This document shows, piece after piece, positions 9,424-18,368 of a stretch of DNA of 64,000 nucleotides (position 1 is the stretch's first letter; every line of letters begins with the position of its first letter). This DNA is from Candidatus Omnitrophota bacterium (GTDB lineage Bacteria; Omnitrophota; Gorgyraeia; Duberdicusellales; 4484-171). Location: NCBI GenBank assembly GCA_043823745.1, contig JBDRAN010000028.1:67116-131115 (forward strand), read 5' to 3'. The translations under genes and the position numbers were made by a program. The notes beneath the pieces were generated by a model that made no database searches, had not been told where the DNA came from, and saw only the letters and a list, made by a program, of their open reading frames with translations.

Positions 9424-10955
9424 AACGCGACAGTTATTCAAAAATTAAGACTATTGAAACGCTTGGGGAAATCTGCGCGCAATTACGCCGGAAAGGGAAA
9501 AAAATTGTCCTTTGTCACGGAGTGTTCGATCTCCTGCATCCGGGACATATTAAGTATTTTGAGGCCGCCCGCAAAAAGGGAGATGTGCTCATTGTTACGG
9601 TTACCCGAGATGAGTATGTGAATAAAGGGCCGGGAAGGCCGATTTTTACTCATGCCTTGCGCGCCGAAAGCATTGCTGCGATCGAGTGTGTTGATTACGT
9701 CGCGGTCAATGAGTGGCCGACGGCGGTTGAGACAATTAAGAAACTTAAGCCTCATTGGTACGTGAAGGGCCGCGATTATGCCGATAAAAGCGCGGACCTT
9801 ACCGGGAAAATACATGACGAAGAACGGGCGATACGCTCGATCGGCGGCGACATACATTTTGTCGATGAGGCAACGTACAGCTCGTCGAGCCTTATCAATA
9901 CCTATCTTGCGCCATACCCTGCGGAAGCCAAAGATTTCTTCGCAAAGTTCAAAAAGAATCATGACGCCGCGTCCATCACGAATATTCTTAAAAGCGTCAA
10001 CGATATTAAGGTGCTGGTGATCGGCGACATTATTATCGATGAGTATCATTATTGCGTCGGCGTGGGCAAAGCCCAGAAGGATAACATTATCGCGACTAAA
10101 TTCTTAAACGAGGAAGTGTTTGCCGGAGGGGTGCTTGCCGCGGCAAATCACCTGGCGGGTTTTTGTAAGGATGTTACGCTGGTCAGCTGTGTTGGCGGAA
10201 AAAATAATTATCGCGATCTTATTGCCCGGCGCCTGAAGGCCAATATAAAAACAAAATTTTATAACCTTCCCGACGCTCATACGGTGGTCAAGCGCCGCTT
10301 CCTTGACCCTAATTTCCTGCATAAGCTTTTTGAGATCTGTTATCTTGAAGAACCGGGTATGATGCCCGCCGTCATCGAGAAGAAAATTTGTACGTACCTT
10401 GAGGCTCACCTGAAAGATTTCGATATGGTGTTGGTTGCCGACTTCGGCCATGGCATGATCACGCCGCGTATGGTTAAGCTTCTAACGCAAAAAGCAAAGT
10501 TTCTGTCGGTCAACGTGCAGACCAATAGCGCGAACCTCGGTTTTAATCTCATTACAAAATTCCCGCGCGCGGATTATATTTGTATCGATGAGCCGGAGTT
10601 GCGCCTTGCCTGTCATGACCGCGTCGGGAAGCTCGAGGGCCTGATAACCGGGATAAGCTCGAAGCTTTCCTGCGAGAGGATTATTATTACGCGCGGACAT
10701 CGCGGTTCGCTCGCCTACTCACGAAAAGAAGGCTTTTCACACATACCGGTATTTTCCACGCAGATCGTTGACCGGATCGGAGCCGGCGATGCTTACTTTT
10801 CCGTTACCTCCCCCTGCGTTTTTAAGAAGACGGCAATGGAAACGGTTGGTTTTATCGGCAATGCCGTCGGTGCCACAAAAGTATTGATCGTAGGTAACCG
10901 GTCCTCGGTTGAGCCGATCCCGCTGACTAAATATATTGTAACATTACTGCGATGA
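9420..10955 (+). CDS. Bifunctional heptose-1-phosphate nucleotidyltransferase / PfkB-family sugar kinase (HldE-like, domains in reversed order)
   Basis: N-terminus CHGVFDLLHPGHIKYFEAARKKGDVLIVTV (cytidylyltransferase-like HxGH). C-terminus ribokinase/PfkB with DRIGAGDAYFS. ATGA overlap with the neighbouring genes. Confidence 0.7.
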   Translation: MKRDSYSKIKTIETLGEICAQLRRKGKKIVLCHGVFDLLHPGHIKYFEAARKKGDVLIVTVTRDEYVNKGPGRPIFTHALRAESIAAIECVDYVAVNEWPTAVETIKKLKPHWYVKGRDYADKSADLTGKIHDEERAIRSIGGDIHFVDEATYSSSSLINTYLAPYPAEAKDFFAKFKKNHDAASITNILKSVNDIKVLVIGDIIIDEYHYCVGVGKAQKDNIIATKFLNEEVFAGGVLAAANHLAGFCKDVTLVSCVGGKNNYRDLIARRLKANIKTKFYNLPDAHTVVKRRFLDPNFLHKLFEICYLEEPGMMPAVIEKKICTYLEAHLKDFDMVLVADFGHGMITPRMVKLLTQKAKFLSVNVQTNSANLGFNLITKFPRADYICIDEPELRLACHDRVGKLEGLITGISSKLSCERIIITRGHRGSLAYSRKEGFSHIPVFSTQIVDRIGAGDAYFSVTSPCVFKKTAMETVGFIGNAVGATKVLIVGNRSSVEPIPLTKYIVTLLR

Positions 10956-11533
10956 AGAACGCATATTTTAAAACACTGACCGGTTTATTTTCAGCAATTG
11001 AGGCCACGGAAAAAGACGGCTTGTTCCTTGAGTTTTCCCGCGCGCACCGAGCGGCCGTCAGGCTTCTTGAAAATACCCGATCGAAGAATAAAGTTTTTTT
11101 GGTCGGCAACGGCGGCAGCGCTTCTATCGCAAGCCATATCGCGGTCGATTTTCTGAAAAACGGCCGCATCAGCGCCTACGCGCTTAACGACCCAAGCTTC
11201 CTTACCTGTATGAGTAATGATTACGGTTATGAATATGTTTTTTCAAAACCTTTGGAAACGCTTATCAGAAAAGGCGATGTTTTGCTTGCCATCAGTTCAT
11301 CCGGAGCTTCGGCGAATATTCTCGGTGCGGCCGCGAGCGCCCGCAAGAAAGGAGCGAACGTGATAACCTTTTCAGGTTTTATGCCGGACAATCCTTTGCG
11401 TACGTGCGGGGCGATTAATTTTTATGTACCTTCGTCTTCATATGGGTACGTAGAGATTGTCCATTTGGCCGTCTGTCATGAAATCGCAGACGCGTTAACC
11501 GGAAAAATGCAATTGGAAAGTAAAAAACGTTAA
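10952..11533 (+). CDS. gmhA: Phosphoheptose (sedoheptulose-7-phosphate) isomerase
   Basis: SIS domain VGNGGSASIASHIAVDF...ISSSGASANIL. The protein is 193 aa, typical for GmhA. Confidence 0.8.
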   Translation: MKNAYFKTLTGLFSAIEATEKDGLFLEFSRAHRAAVRLLENTRSKNKVFLVGNGGSASIASHIAVDFLKNGRISAYALNDPSFLTCMSNDYGYEYVFSKPLETLIRKGDVLLAISSSGASANILGAAASARKKGANVITFSGFMPDNPLRTCGAINFYVPSSSYGYVEIVHLAVCHEIADALTGKMQLESKKR

Positions 11534-11668
11534 AATTCCAAACAGCGTTTGTATTAAAAGCATATTGCACCAAAAGGTATGACATTTTTTCCGGTATACC
11601 CCGTCGTTGCGCGAAATGTCTGAGACTATAGAAATTTTGGCGGCGCCCCGTGCGCAACCTAACCGCCT

Positions 11669-11818
11669 GCGAAGCGTTCCCGAAGGGGGCTGCGCACCAG
11701 CGCGTCCCGAAGGGGGCTGCGCACCAGCGCGTCCCGAAGGGGGCTGCGCACCAGCGCGTCCCGAAGGGGGCTGCGCACCAGCGCGTCCCGAAGGGGGCTG
11801 CGAAGCGCTCCCGCAAGG
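11669..11818. repeat. Tandem array of about five 27-bp GC-rich units (cccgaagggggctgcgcaccagcgcgt)
   Basis: There are four exact 27-bp copies plus degenerate flanking copies. Three overlapping ORFs translate it as PEGGCAPAR/PFGTRWCAA repeats. No spacers separate the units. Confidence 0.85.
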
Positions 11819-11871
11819 GAGAAGGGTGTCAGGGCACAGAATGCGCGAAGCATGCATTAATGGAAACATAG

Positions 11872-12936
11872 ATGGACAGATTTCAAATTGACAGCCATAA
11901 ATTGATGTATCATGTTTCCCGCGTGAGCAGCTTCGCGTCCGGCGAATCGGTATACCCTATCTATGTAGAGATTTCACCAAGCGGTTCCTGCAACCATCGG
12001 TGCGTGTTCTGCGCATATGATTTTGTCGGCTACAAGCCGCGCTTGATCGATGCGGATATTCTCATTAAGCGTTTATCGGAAATGGCACGGCTTGGCGTAA
12101 AAAGCGTGCTTTATTCCGGAGAAGGGGAGCCATTACTTCATCCTGAAATCGGCCGCATCGCGGCTTCCGGCGCGCGCGCCGGTATTGATAGCGCGCTGGC
12201 AACGAATGCCGTACTCTTTACCATGGCCCGCGCGGTGGAGTTACTTCCGCATATGACCTGGATCAAAGTAAGTATCAATGCCGGTACATCAGCGACCTAT
12301 GAACGGATTCATCGCGCGCATCCGGGAGATTTCGCGAAAGTCATGGAAAATATGACCTACGCGGTCAGCTTACGCAAGAAGAAAAAATATCGTTGCACCC
12401 TGGGGATGCAGATCTTGCTTCTTCCGGAAAACTATCACCAGGTGCGTTCGCTGGCCGTTCGCGCCAAAGCCATCGGGATGGATTATCTGGTGGTCAAGCC
12501 TTATTCACATCACCCTTTAAGTATCACGCGCAAATACCGTAATATCAAATATGCCGATTATCTTGAGTGTATTGATGGTTTGCGGGAATTGAATGATGAG
12601 CGCTTTGAGGTTATCGCCCGGCTTAATACGATGAAAAAATGGGACGAGAAATCACGCGAGTACGATTGTTGTTACGCGCTTAATTTCTGGGCGCATATTG
12701 ACAGTGCAGGGGTTGTTTGGGGCTGCCCGATGCATTTTAATGATAAGCGCTTTAAGTACGGCAGTATCTATCAGGATACATTCAAAAATATCTGGAACGG
12801 TGCTGCAAAGCGGAAATTATTATCCGGGCGTAAGTCTTTTAGCATTTCCGGTTGCAGGATCAATTGCCGCATGGATGAGATCAATAAGTTTTTATGGAAG
12901 CTCAAGAATCCTCCGGAACATGTTAACTTCGTCTAA
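11872..12936 (+). CDS. Radical SAM enzyme (non-B12), paralog of 17226-18368
   Basis: SGSCNHRCVFCAY CxxxCxxC motif. Conserved HKLMYH..RV N-terminus and FLWKLKNPPEHVNF C-terminus are shared with the paralog. Confidence 0.75.
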   Translation: MDRFQIDSHKLMYHVSRVSSFASGESVYPIYVEISPSGSCNHRCVFCAYDFVGYKPRLIDADILIKRLSEMARLGVKSVLYSGEGEPLLHPEIGRIAASGARAGIDSALATNAVLFTMARAVELLPHMTWIKVSINAGTSATYERIHRAHPGDFAKVMENMTYAVSLRKKKKYRCTLGMQILLLPENYHQVRSLAVRAKAIGMDYLVVKPYSHHPLSITRKYRNIKYADYLECIDGLRELNDERFEVIARLNTMKKWDEKSREYDCCYALNFWAHIDSAGVVWGCPMHFNDKRFKYGSIYQDTFKNIWNGAAKRKLLSGRKSFSISGCRINCRMDEINKFLWKLKNPPEHVNFV

Positions 12937-12940
12937 CGCT

Positions 12941-13351
12941 ATGCGTATACAGGTTGCGCTCATTATTCTGTATGATTCAGGGGAGCGATTTCTCCTGCAG
13001 CATCGTACTCATGACGCGGCACTCCTGCCCAATCACTGGGCTTTTTTTGGGGGAAGGCTTGAAACAGGAGAAACTCCGCGTCAGGCGCTTGCGCGTGAAG
13101 CGTTTGAAGAATTGCACTATACCGTACAGAGTCCGGAGCTTGTGTTAACGCACGCATTTTGCGAAGATGATCTTTGTGGCGAGCTTTATGTTTTCACCGA
13201 GTATTTCGGCGGCGACAAAAACACGTTGCGTTTACAGGAGGGCCAGGATTGGGGTTGGTTTAGCGCCGAGGAGACCAGCACACTTAAGATGACCGGCCGC
13301 GATAGGGAGATTGTGGCAAAGCTTGCGCAGATTATTGCTCAACGCGTATGA
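12941..13351 (+). CDS. NUDIX hydrolase
   Basis: GGRLETGETPRQALAREAFEELHY Nudix box. The in-frame ATG lies at 12941 inside the longer listed ORF. Confidence 0.7.
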   Translation: MRIQVALIILYDSGERFLLQHRTHDAALLPNHWAFFGGRLETGETPRQALAREAFEELHYTVQSPELVLTHAFCEDDLCGELYVFTEYFGGDKNTLRLQEGQDWGWFSAEETSTLKMTGRDREIVAKLAQIIAQRV

Positions 13352-13505
13352 TAACGGATAGAAAGCGTATAGCGTTTAGCGATTAGCGTATAGCGGATAG
13401 CGTTTAGTGGAGAGAGGGACGTAGGACGTGGGACGAAATACGAAATACGGAATACGGAAGACGGAATACGAACGACGATGTGTTGATAACTAAAAAGGAG
13501 TTAGA

Positions 13506-14171
13506 ATGAAATCAAAAGAAATAAAAAAATGGAACGAAGCGAAAGCGTGCATGGGGCGTGATACGGTTACGCTCGGGCCCCATTACACCTATGTGCTTAA
13601 AAATCTTCCCCGGCGGCTGCTTTTTGTGTTAAGTCGCTATAAATTCGCGGCAAAAATAATCGGGCAGGGGAAAGATATCATTGAAGTCGGCTGCAGCGAA
13701 GGTTTTGGAACGAATATCCTTATGGAAGAGGCGCGCCGCGTTGTCGCGGTTGATTTTGACATTGACGCGATTGCTTGCGCCAAGGTGAGTTTTACTTCTA
13801 ACAAAGTACAGTTTATGATTGCGGATATTATGAAGGAACGTATCGGTTCTTTTGACGCTGCTGTTGCGCTTGATGTGATTGAGCATATTTATCCGAGTAA
13901 CGAAAAAAAATTTTTGATGAGCATCTGTGCAAATCTTAAGCCCTACGGTCTTGCAGTTATCGGTACTCCTAATAAAACCGCCGGCGTCTATGCTTCGAAA
14001 ACATCAAAATTAAGTCATGTGAATGTATATACAGCCCAGCGCCTGCGTGATTCGCTTTCCCGTTATTTTCATCAGGTGATGATCTTTTCGGCAAATGATG
14101 AAGTGGTGCATACCGGTTTTTATCCTATGGCGCACTATTTAATTGGCGTAGGAATCGCTCGCCGGTCTTAA
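13506..14171 (+). CDS. Class I SAM-dependent methyltransferase
   Basis: IIEVGCSEGFGTN motif I and VAVDFD motif II. Confidence 0.7.
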   Translation: MKSKEIKKWNEAKACMGRDTVTLGPHYTYVLKNLPRRLLFVLSRYKFAAKIIGQGKDIIEVGCSEGFGTNILMEEARRVVAVDFDIDAIACAKVSFTSNKVQFMIADIMKERIGSFDAAVALDVIEHIYPSNEKKFLMSICANLKPYGLAVIGTPNKTAGVYASKTSKLSHVNVYTAQRLRDSLSRYFHQVMIFSANDEVVHTGFYPMAHYLIGVGIARRS

Positions 14172-14176
14172 CGTGT

Positions 14177-14977
14177 ATGAGTATACAGAATAAAAATCTA
14201 ACGAGCGTAGCATGCGATATCCGCCGCAGTATTATTACTATGGCGCATGCTTCAGCCAGTCCCCATGTTGCTTCTGCGCTTTCTTGCGCTGATATCCTTA
14301 CGTATGTATATTTTAAGCAGTTGCGTCTTGTTCCCTGGAAGAGCCGTGATATTTTTATCTTAAGCAAAGGGCATTCCGCTATGGCGCTCTATGCGACCAT
14401 AGCCCGGCGGGGGATTATTGATGCTAAACTTCTTGACGGTTACTATCAAAACAATGGAAGCTTGCCCGCGCATCTTGACAGGTTTAGCGCAAAAGGTATT
14501 GAGGTTTCTGCGGGTTCGCTGGGCCATGGGTTTAATATGGGCCTTGGTATGGCTTTTGCGTTTAAGAAAAAAAAGCTCACGCAGCGCGTGTATTGCCTGA
14601 TTGGCGACGGAGAAACGCAGGAAGGCTCGATCTGGGAGGGCGCGCTCTTTGCGCCAACATTAGGCATTGATAATTTTACCGCGGTCATCGATTATAATAA
14701 TTTACAGGGTTACGGCAGGGCTCGGGAGCTTTGTCATTTTGAACCGCTTCGCGCGAAGTGGGAATCATTCGGTTGGAAAGTCGTCGAGGCTAACGGCCAT
14801 GATTTCAGGAGCCTTGATGCTGCTTTTCGCGCGCCCTCGTGCGGCCCCAAGGTTATTATTGCCCGCACGATTAAGGGCAAGGGTGTTTCATTTATGGAGG
14901 ATAAGCTTATCTGGCACTATTATGTCGTTAGCGATGAAATTAAGAATAAAGCATTAAGGGAGCTTATTTGTGCGTAA
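14177..14977 (+). CDS. Transketolase, N-terminal (TPP-binding) subunit of a split transketolase
   Basis: SKGHSAMALYA and GDGETQEGSIWE (TPP-binding) motifs. Confidence 0.8.
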   Translation: MSIQNKNLTSVACDIRRSIITMAHASASPHVASALSCADILTYVYFKQLRLVPWKSRDIFILSKGHSAMALYATIARRGIIDAKLLDGYYQNNGSLPAHLDRFSAKGIEVSAGSLGHGFNMGLGMAFAFKKKKLTQRVYCLIGDGETQEGSIWEGALFAPTLGIDNFTAVIDYNNLQGYGRARELCHFEPLRAKWESFGWKVVEANGHDFRSLDAAFRAPSCGPKVIIARTIKGKGVSFMEDKLIWHYYVVSDEIKNKALRELICA

Positions 14978-15908
14978 TACCTTTGTGAATGTTATTTTAG
15001 CCGCATCCAAAAAGAACAAAAATATTTTTATTGTCAGTGGCGATGCGGGCTTGGGTGTCTTTGATGATTACAAGGAACGTTCACCCGGTTGCTTTCTGAA
15101 TCTTGGTGTCGCGGAGCAGAATATGATTTCTTTTAGCGCGGGCATGGCGTTAGCAGGGTATCGCGTCTACGTGTATAACATTATTCCATTTTTACTCTAT
15201 CGTTGTTATGAGCAGGTGCGTAATGATATTTGTTATCAGAAATTGCCGGTGATTTTAGCGGGTATCGGAAGCGGTGTTACCTACGCGCCACAGGGTATGA
15301 CGCATTATTCGGTAGAAGATCTTGGTATCGCGCGTACGCTCCCTAATCTTCTGGTATTTTCTCCGGCTGACCCTTGTGAGGCGGCTGCGGTGGCGCGATA
15401 TTGTTTAAAGAGCACGGAACCTGTGTATGTGCGCCTGCCGAAAAGAGGAGAGCCTTGTTTTCACCGCGGTATTATCCGTAACATACGCGCGCCGCAAGTA
15501 TTAAGCCAAGGCCATGATGCCGCGATTATTTTCCATGGCTCGATAAGCCAGGAAGCGGTAGCGGCGGCAGGAATGCTTGCGCAGAGAAAGATCTCAGTTA
15601 AACTGATCTCAGTTCCCTGCGTGCAGCCGCTTGATATCGCCAAGGTTTTTGAGGTAACCGGAACTATACGCTGTGTTGTTTCTGTCGAGGAGCATTTTCT
15701 TGGAAGCGGCATAGGCTCATTGCTTGAGGCCGCCTTTTTGCGCCATAAGCCTACCTGTATGTTTACGGCACTTGGAATTCGCGATGAGTTTATTCATGCG
15801 ATAAAAAATACGGCTGGTATGCGGGAGCATTACGGGATATCAGCCGTAAAAATTGCCGCCCGCATTGAGGGTATGATAAAGAAAAAGATACACGGCCGGG
15901 CTCGGTAA
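14970..15908 (+). CDS. Transketolase, C-terminal (pyrimidine-binding) subunit
   Basis: 312 aa with a transketolase Pyr/C-terminal domain-like sequence. Overlaps the N-subunit gene by 8 nt. Confidence 0.75.
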   Translation: MRNTFVNVILAASKKNKNIFIVSGDAGLGVFDDYKERSPGCFLNLGVAEQNMISFSAGMALAGYRVYVYNIIPFLLYRCYEQVRNDICYQKLPVILAGIGSGVTYAPQGMTHYSVEDLGIARTLPNLLVFSPADPCEAAAVARYCLKSTEPVYVRLPKRGEPCFHRGIIRNIRAPQVLSQGHDAAIIFHGSISQEAVAAAGMLAQRKISVKLISVPCVQPLDIAKVFEVTGTIRCVVSVEEHFLGSGIGSLLEAAFLRHKPTCMFTALGIRDEFIHAIKNTAGMREHYGISAVKIAARIEGMIKKKIHGRAR

Positions 15909-15942
15909 TTATCCGCCTTCGTGTAGAAAATGAGGCTCCATT

Positions 15943-16791
15943 ATGGCAAAAAAAATACTCATATTAGGTAACACCGGAAAAATGGGCTGTGCGCTTAGTG
16001 ATGCTTTTAGCGCGGGTTTTGCGATTGTCGGTAAACATTCAACTGATCTTGATATGAGCGATGTATCGCGCCTGGAGCGTCTTATTGAGGAAGTCGTACC
16101 CGATATTGTTATGAATACCGTTGCTTTTTCCGGTATTGAACAGTGTGAACAAAAACCACAGGATGCGTTTTGCGTAAATGCGCTGCTCCCTAAAGCCTTA
16201 GCGCAACTCTCGCGTGAAAAAAAGTTTACGCTGGTGCATTTTAGCACGGATGCGGTTTTTAATGACGAAAAACAAGATTACTATCGGGAAAGTGACCCGT
16301 GTCGGCCGCTTAATGTGTATGGTATCGCTAAATACGCGGGTGATTGTTTTATCCGGGCCATCGCGCCAGACGCTTATATTTTCAGGATTTCGATTTTATT
16401 TGGAAGAACAACCAAGAATACTCAGTTTGTGGAAAAAATGCTTGCGCGTATAAGAGCCGGAGAGCACTCCTTGAAGATATCAAGTGATATCGTTGTTTCA
16501 CCGACCTACAATAAAGATGTGGCCTGCGCTATTCGGGATATGATCGAGCGTAATCAGGCGCCTGGTTTATACCATCTGGTAAATCAAGGGAAGGCTTCGT
16601 TGTATGATTTAATGAATGAGATTGTGAGAAACTTGAGGCTGCCGGTAGAAATAACAAAAGCTTCGCATAAAGATTTTCCTTCGGTTGCAGTCAAAAATAC
16701 CTATACGCCGCTGGCATCGGAAAGAGTAAAACCCCTGCGTCCTTGGCAGGAGGCGGTGGGGGAGTATTGTAGTGAAATTAAGAACAAATAA
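15943..16791 (+). CDS. RmlD-like NAD(P)H-dependent 4-keto-sugar-nucleotide reductase
   Basis: KILILGNTGKMG ... PDIVMNTVAF ... VHFSTDAVF parallels the RmlD GxxGxxG...STDYVF pattern. Confidence 0.65.
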   Translation: MAKKILILGNTGKMGCALSDAFSAGFAIVGKHSTDLDMSDVSRLERLIEEVVPDIVMNTVAFSGIEQCEQKPQDAFCVNALLPKALAQLSREKKFTLVHFSTDAVFNDEKQDYYRESDPCRPLNVYGIAKYAGDCFIRAIAPDAYIFRISILFGRTTKNTQFVEKMLARIRAGEHSLKISSDIVVSPTYNKDVACAIRDMIERNQAPGLYHLVNQGKASLYDLMNEIVRNLRLPVEITKASHKDFPSVAVKNTYTPLASERVKPLRPWQEAVGEYCSEIKNK

Positions 16792-16850
16792 CCAAGAACC
16801 AAGAAACAATTTCCAAGGAATAATCAATGTTTAATGGGTAACTATAAAAC

Positions 16851-17198
16851 ATGGCACGAGAATTCGATCTGGAGAAGCGTACTACAGAATTTGCAAAAGC
16901 GGTGATTAGGTTCTGTAAAACTTTATCTCGGAATCCGATACATGATAGATTGATTGCTCAAGCGGTTGCAGCCAGTGGCTCTGTTGGTGCGAATTATCGT
17001 GAAGCGAATGATCCTTTGGGGCCTAAAGATTTTATCCAGCGTATGCGGATAGCGCGTAGAGAGGCGAAAGAAAGCTATCATTGGTTAGAATTGCTTTTAG
17101 AGGCAAGCCCCGAGCGAGAAAGGGAAGTCAGACTACTTATGAAGGAAGCGGAAGAATTGAAAAAAATCCTTTCAACTATTATCAACAAAATGCATTGA
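16851..17198 (+). CDS. Four-helix-bundle protein (TIGR02436 / 23S rRNA-intervening-sequence protein family)
   Basis: 115 aa with a EAKESYHWLELLLE-type motif. This family is common in polysaccharide loci. Confidence 0.6.
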   Translation: MAREFDLEKRTTEFAKAVIRFCKTLSRNPIHDRLIAQAVAASGSVGANYREANDPLGPKDFIQRMRIARREAKESYHWLELLLEASPEREREVRLLMKEAEELKKILSTIINKMH

Positions 17199-17225
17199 TA
17201 GCTTTGTGTTTCTAGAATATATATT

Positions 17226-18368
17226 TTGTTTGGTAATTGTATCTTGGTTATTGGAAATTTAAATTTAGACTTAAAGGAGAAGATGTCCGACCAATACATT
17301 ATGGATGGGCACAAGCTGCTTTGGCACTTAGATCGTGTCGAGGATTGGTTTTCCGGTAAACATATCGCGCCGATTCATATTGATGTGGGCCTTTCAAAGG
17401 GCTGTAACATTAAGTGTGAGTATTGTTACGGAGTAACGCAGGGCAATTTCTATCGTAAGGGCGCGGATATTTATTTTCCCCGCGAAGCTCTTCTTCGCTA
17501 CATGTGCGATGCGGGCAGGGCCGGCGTGCGCTCTATGGCGCTTATCGGAGAAGGGGAGCCGCTTCTTAACCCTGCGGTGTATGAGGCGATTGTTATCGGG
17601 GCGCGCGCAGGAGTGGATATCGCGCTTGGCACTAATGGCATTTTATTTGATACCGGCTCTTCCGGAAGAAGAGCTTTGCAATATCTTATGTGGATTCGTT
17701 TTAATATCAGCGCTGCGACGCATGATGCGTATCGGCGTGTGCATCGTAGCAATGATTTTAAAGAGGCATTGAGTAAAATCAGCTTTTGTGTTAGGGAAAA
17801 ACGCAAGCGTGGGCTTGGCGTTACGATTGGCCTGCAGATGGTATTGACACCTTCAAATGTTGACCAGGTCCTGCCGCTTGCCCGGCTTGGCAAGAAACTC
17901 GGTGTTGATTATCTGGTGGTTAAGCAGTGCGGGGACACCAACACTAATACGCTCGGTGTGTATAAGCGGCTCGGTGAATATGAAGGATATTCGGATATTC
18001 TAAAAAAAGCCGAACGCGTAAGTGGTCCGGCGTACCGGGTGATCGTGAAATGGCAGAAAATAACGAATAAAGGAATAAAAGGTTTTAATCGTTGTTTGGG
18101 CGTACCATTTTTAATTTACTCAAGCGGTGACGCCAAGGTGTACCCGTGCGGTATGTTTTTTGATTATAAATCAGACGAATACTGTATGGGCGATTTAACC
18201 AAGCAGTCGTTTACCCAGATTGTCAAAAGTAAACGGTACTGGGATGTGGTAAGAAAGGTGAGTGCGATAAACGTGCACAAAGCTTGCTACGCTAATTGTC
18301 GCACCCATTATATTAACGAATTCTTGTGGAAGCTTAAAAATCCTCCGCAGCATTTAAATTTTATATGA
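17226..18368 (+). CDS. Radical SAM enzyme (non-B12), paralog of 11872-12936
   Basis: KGCNIKCEYCYG motif. Shares the HKLLWHLDRV N-terminus and FLWKLKNPPQHLNF C-terminus with the paralog. Confidence 0.75.
   Translation: MFGNCILVIGNLNLDLKEKMSDQYIMDGHKLLWHLDRVEDWFSGKHIAPIHIDVGLSKGCNIKCEYCYGVTQGNFYRKGADIYFPREALLRYMCDAGRAGVRSMALIGEGEPLLNPAVYEAIVIGARAGVDIALGTNGILFDTGSSGRRALQYLMWIRFNISAATHDAYRRVHRSNDFKEALSKISFCVREKRKRGLGVTIGLQMVLTPSNVDQVLPLARLGKKLGVDYLVVKQCGDTNTNTLGVYKRLGEYEGYSDILKKAERVSGPAYRVIVKWQKITNKGIKGFNRCLGVPFLIYSSGDAKVYPCGMFFDYKSDEYCMGDLTKQSFTQIVKSKRYWDVVRKVSAINVHKACYANCRTHYINEFLWKLKNPPQHLNFI

Noticed and set aside
11669-11818. Possible CRISPR array
   Set aside because: Identical 27-bp units abut directly with no unique spacers, and there are no cas genes. 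This is a simple tandem repeat, not a CRISPR array.
11415-11891. Three overlapping ORFs (11415-11816 -, 11495-11869 -, 11607-11891 +) with PFGTRWCAA/PEGGCAPAR peptide repeats
   Set aside because: They are translations of the 27-bp tandem DNA repeat in all frames and on both strands. There is no independent coding signal, so they are treated as a non-coding repeat.
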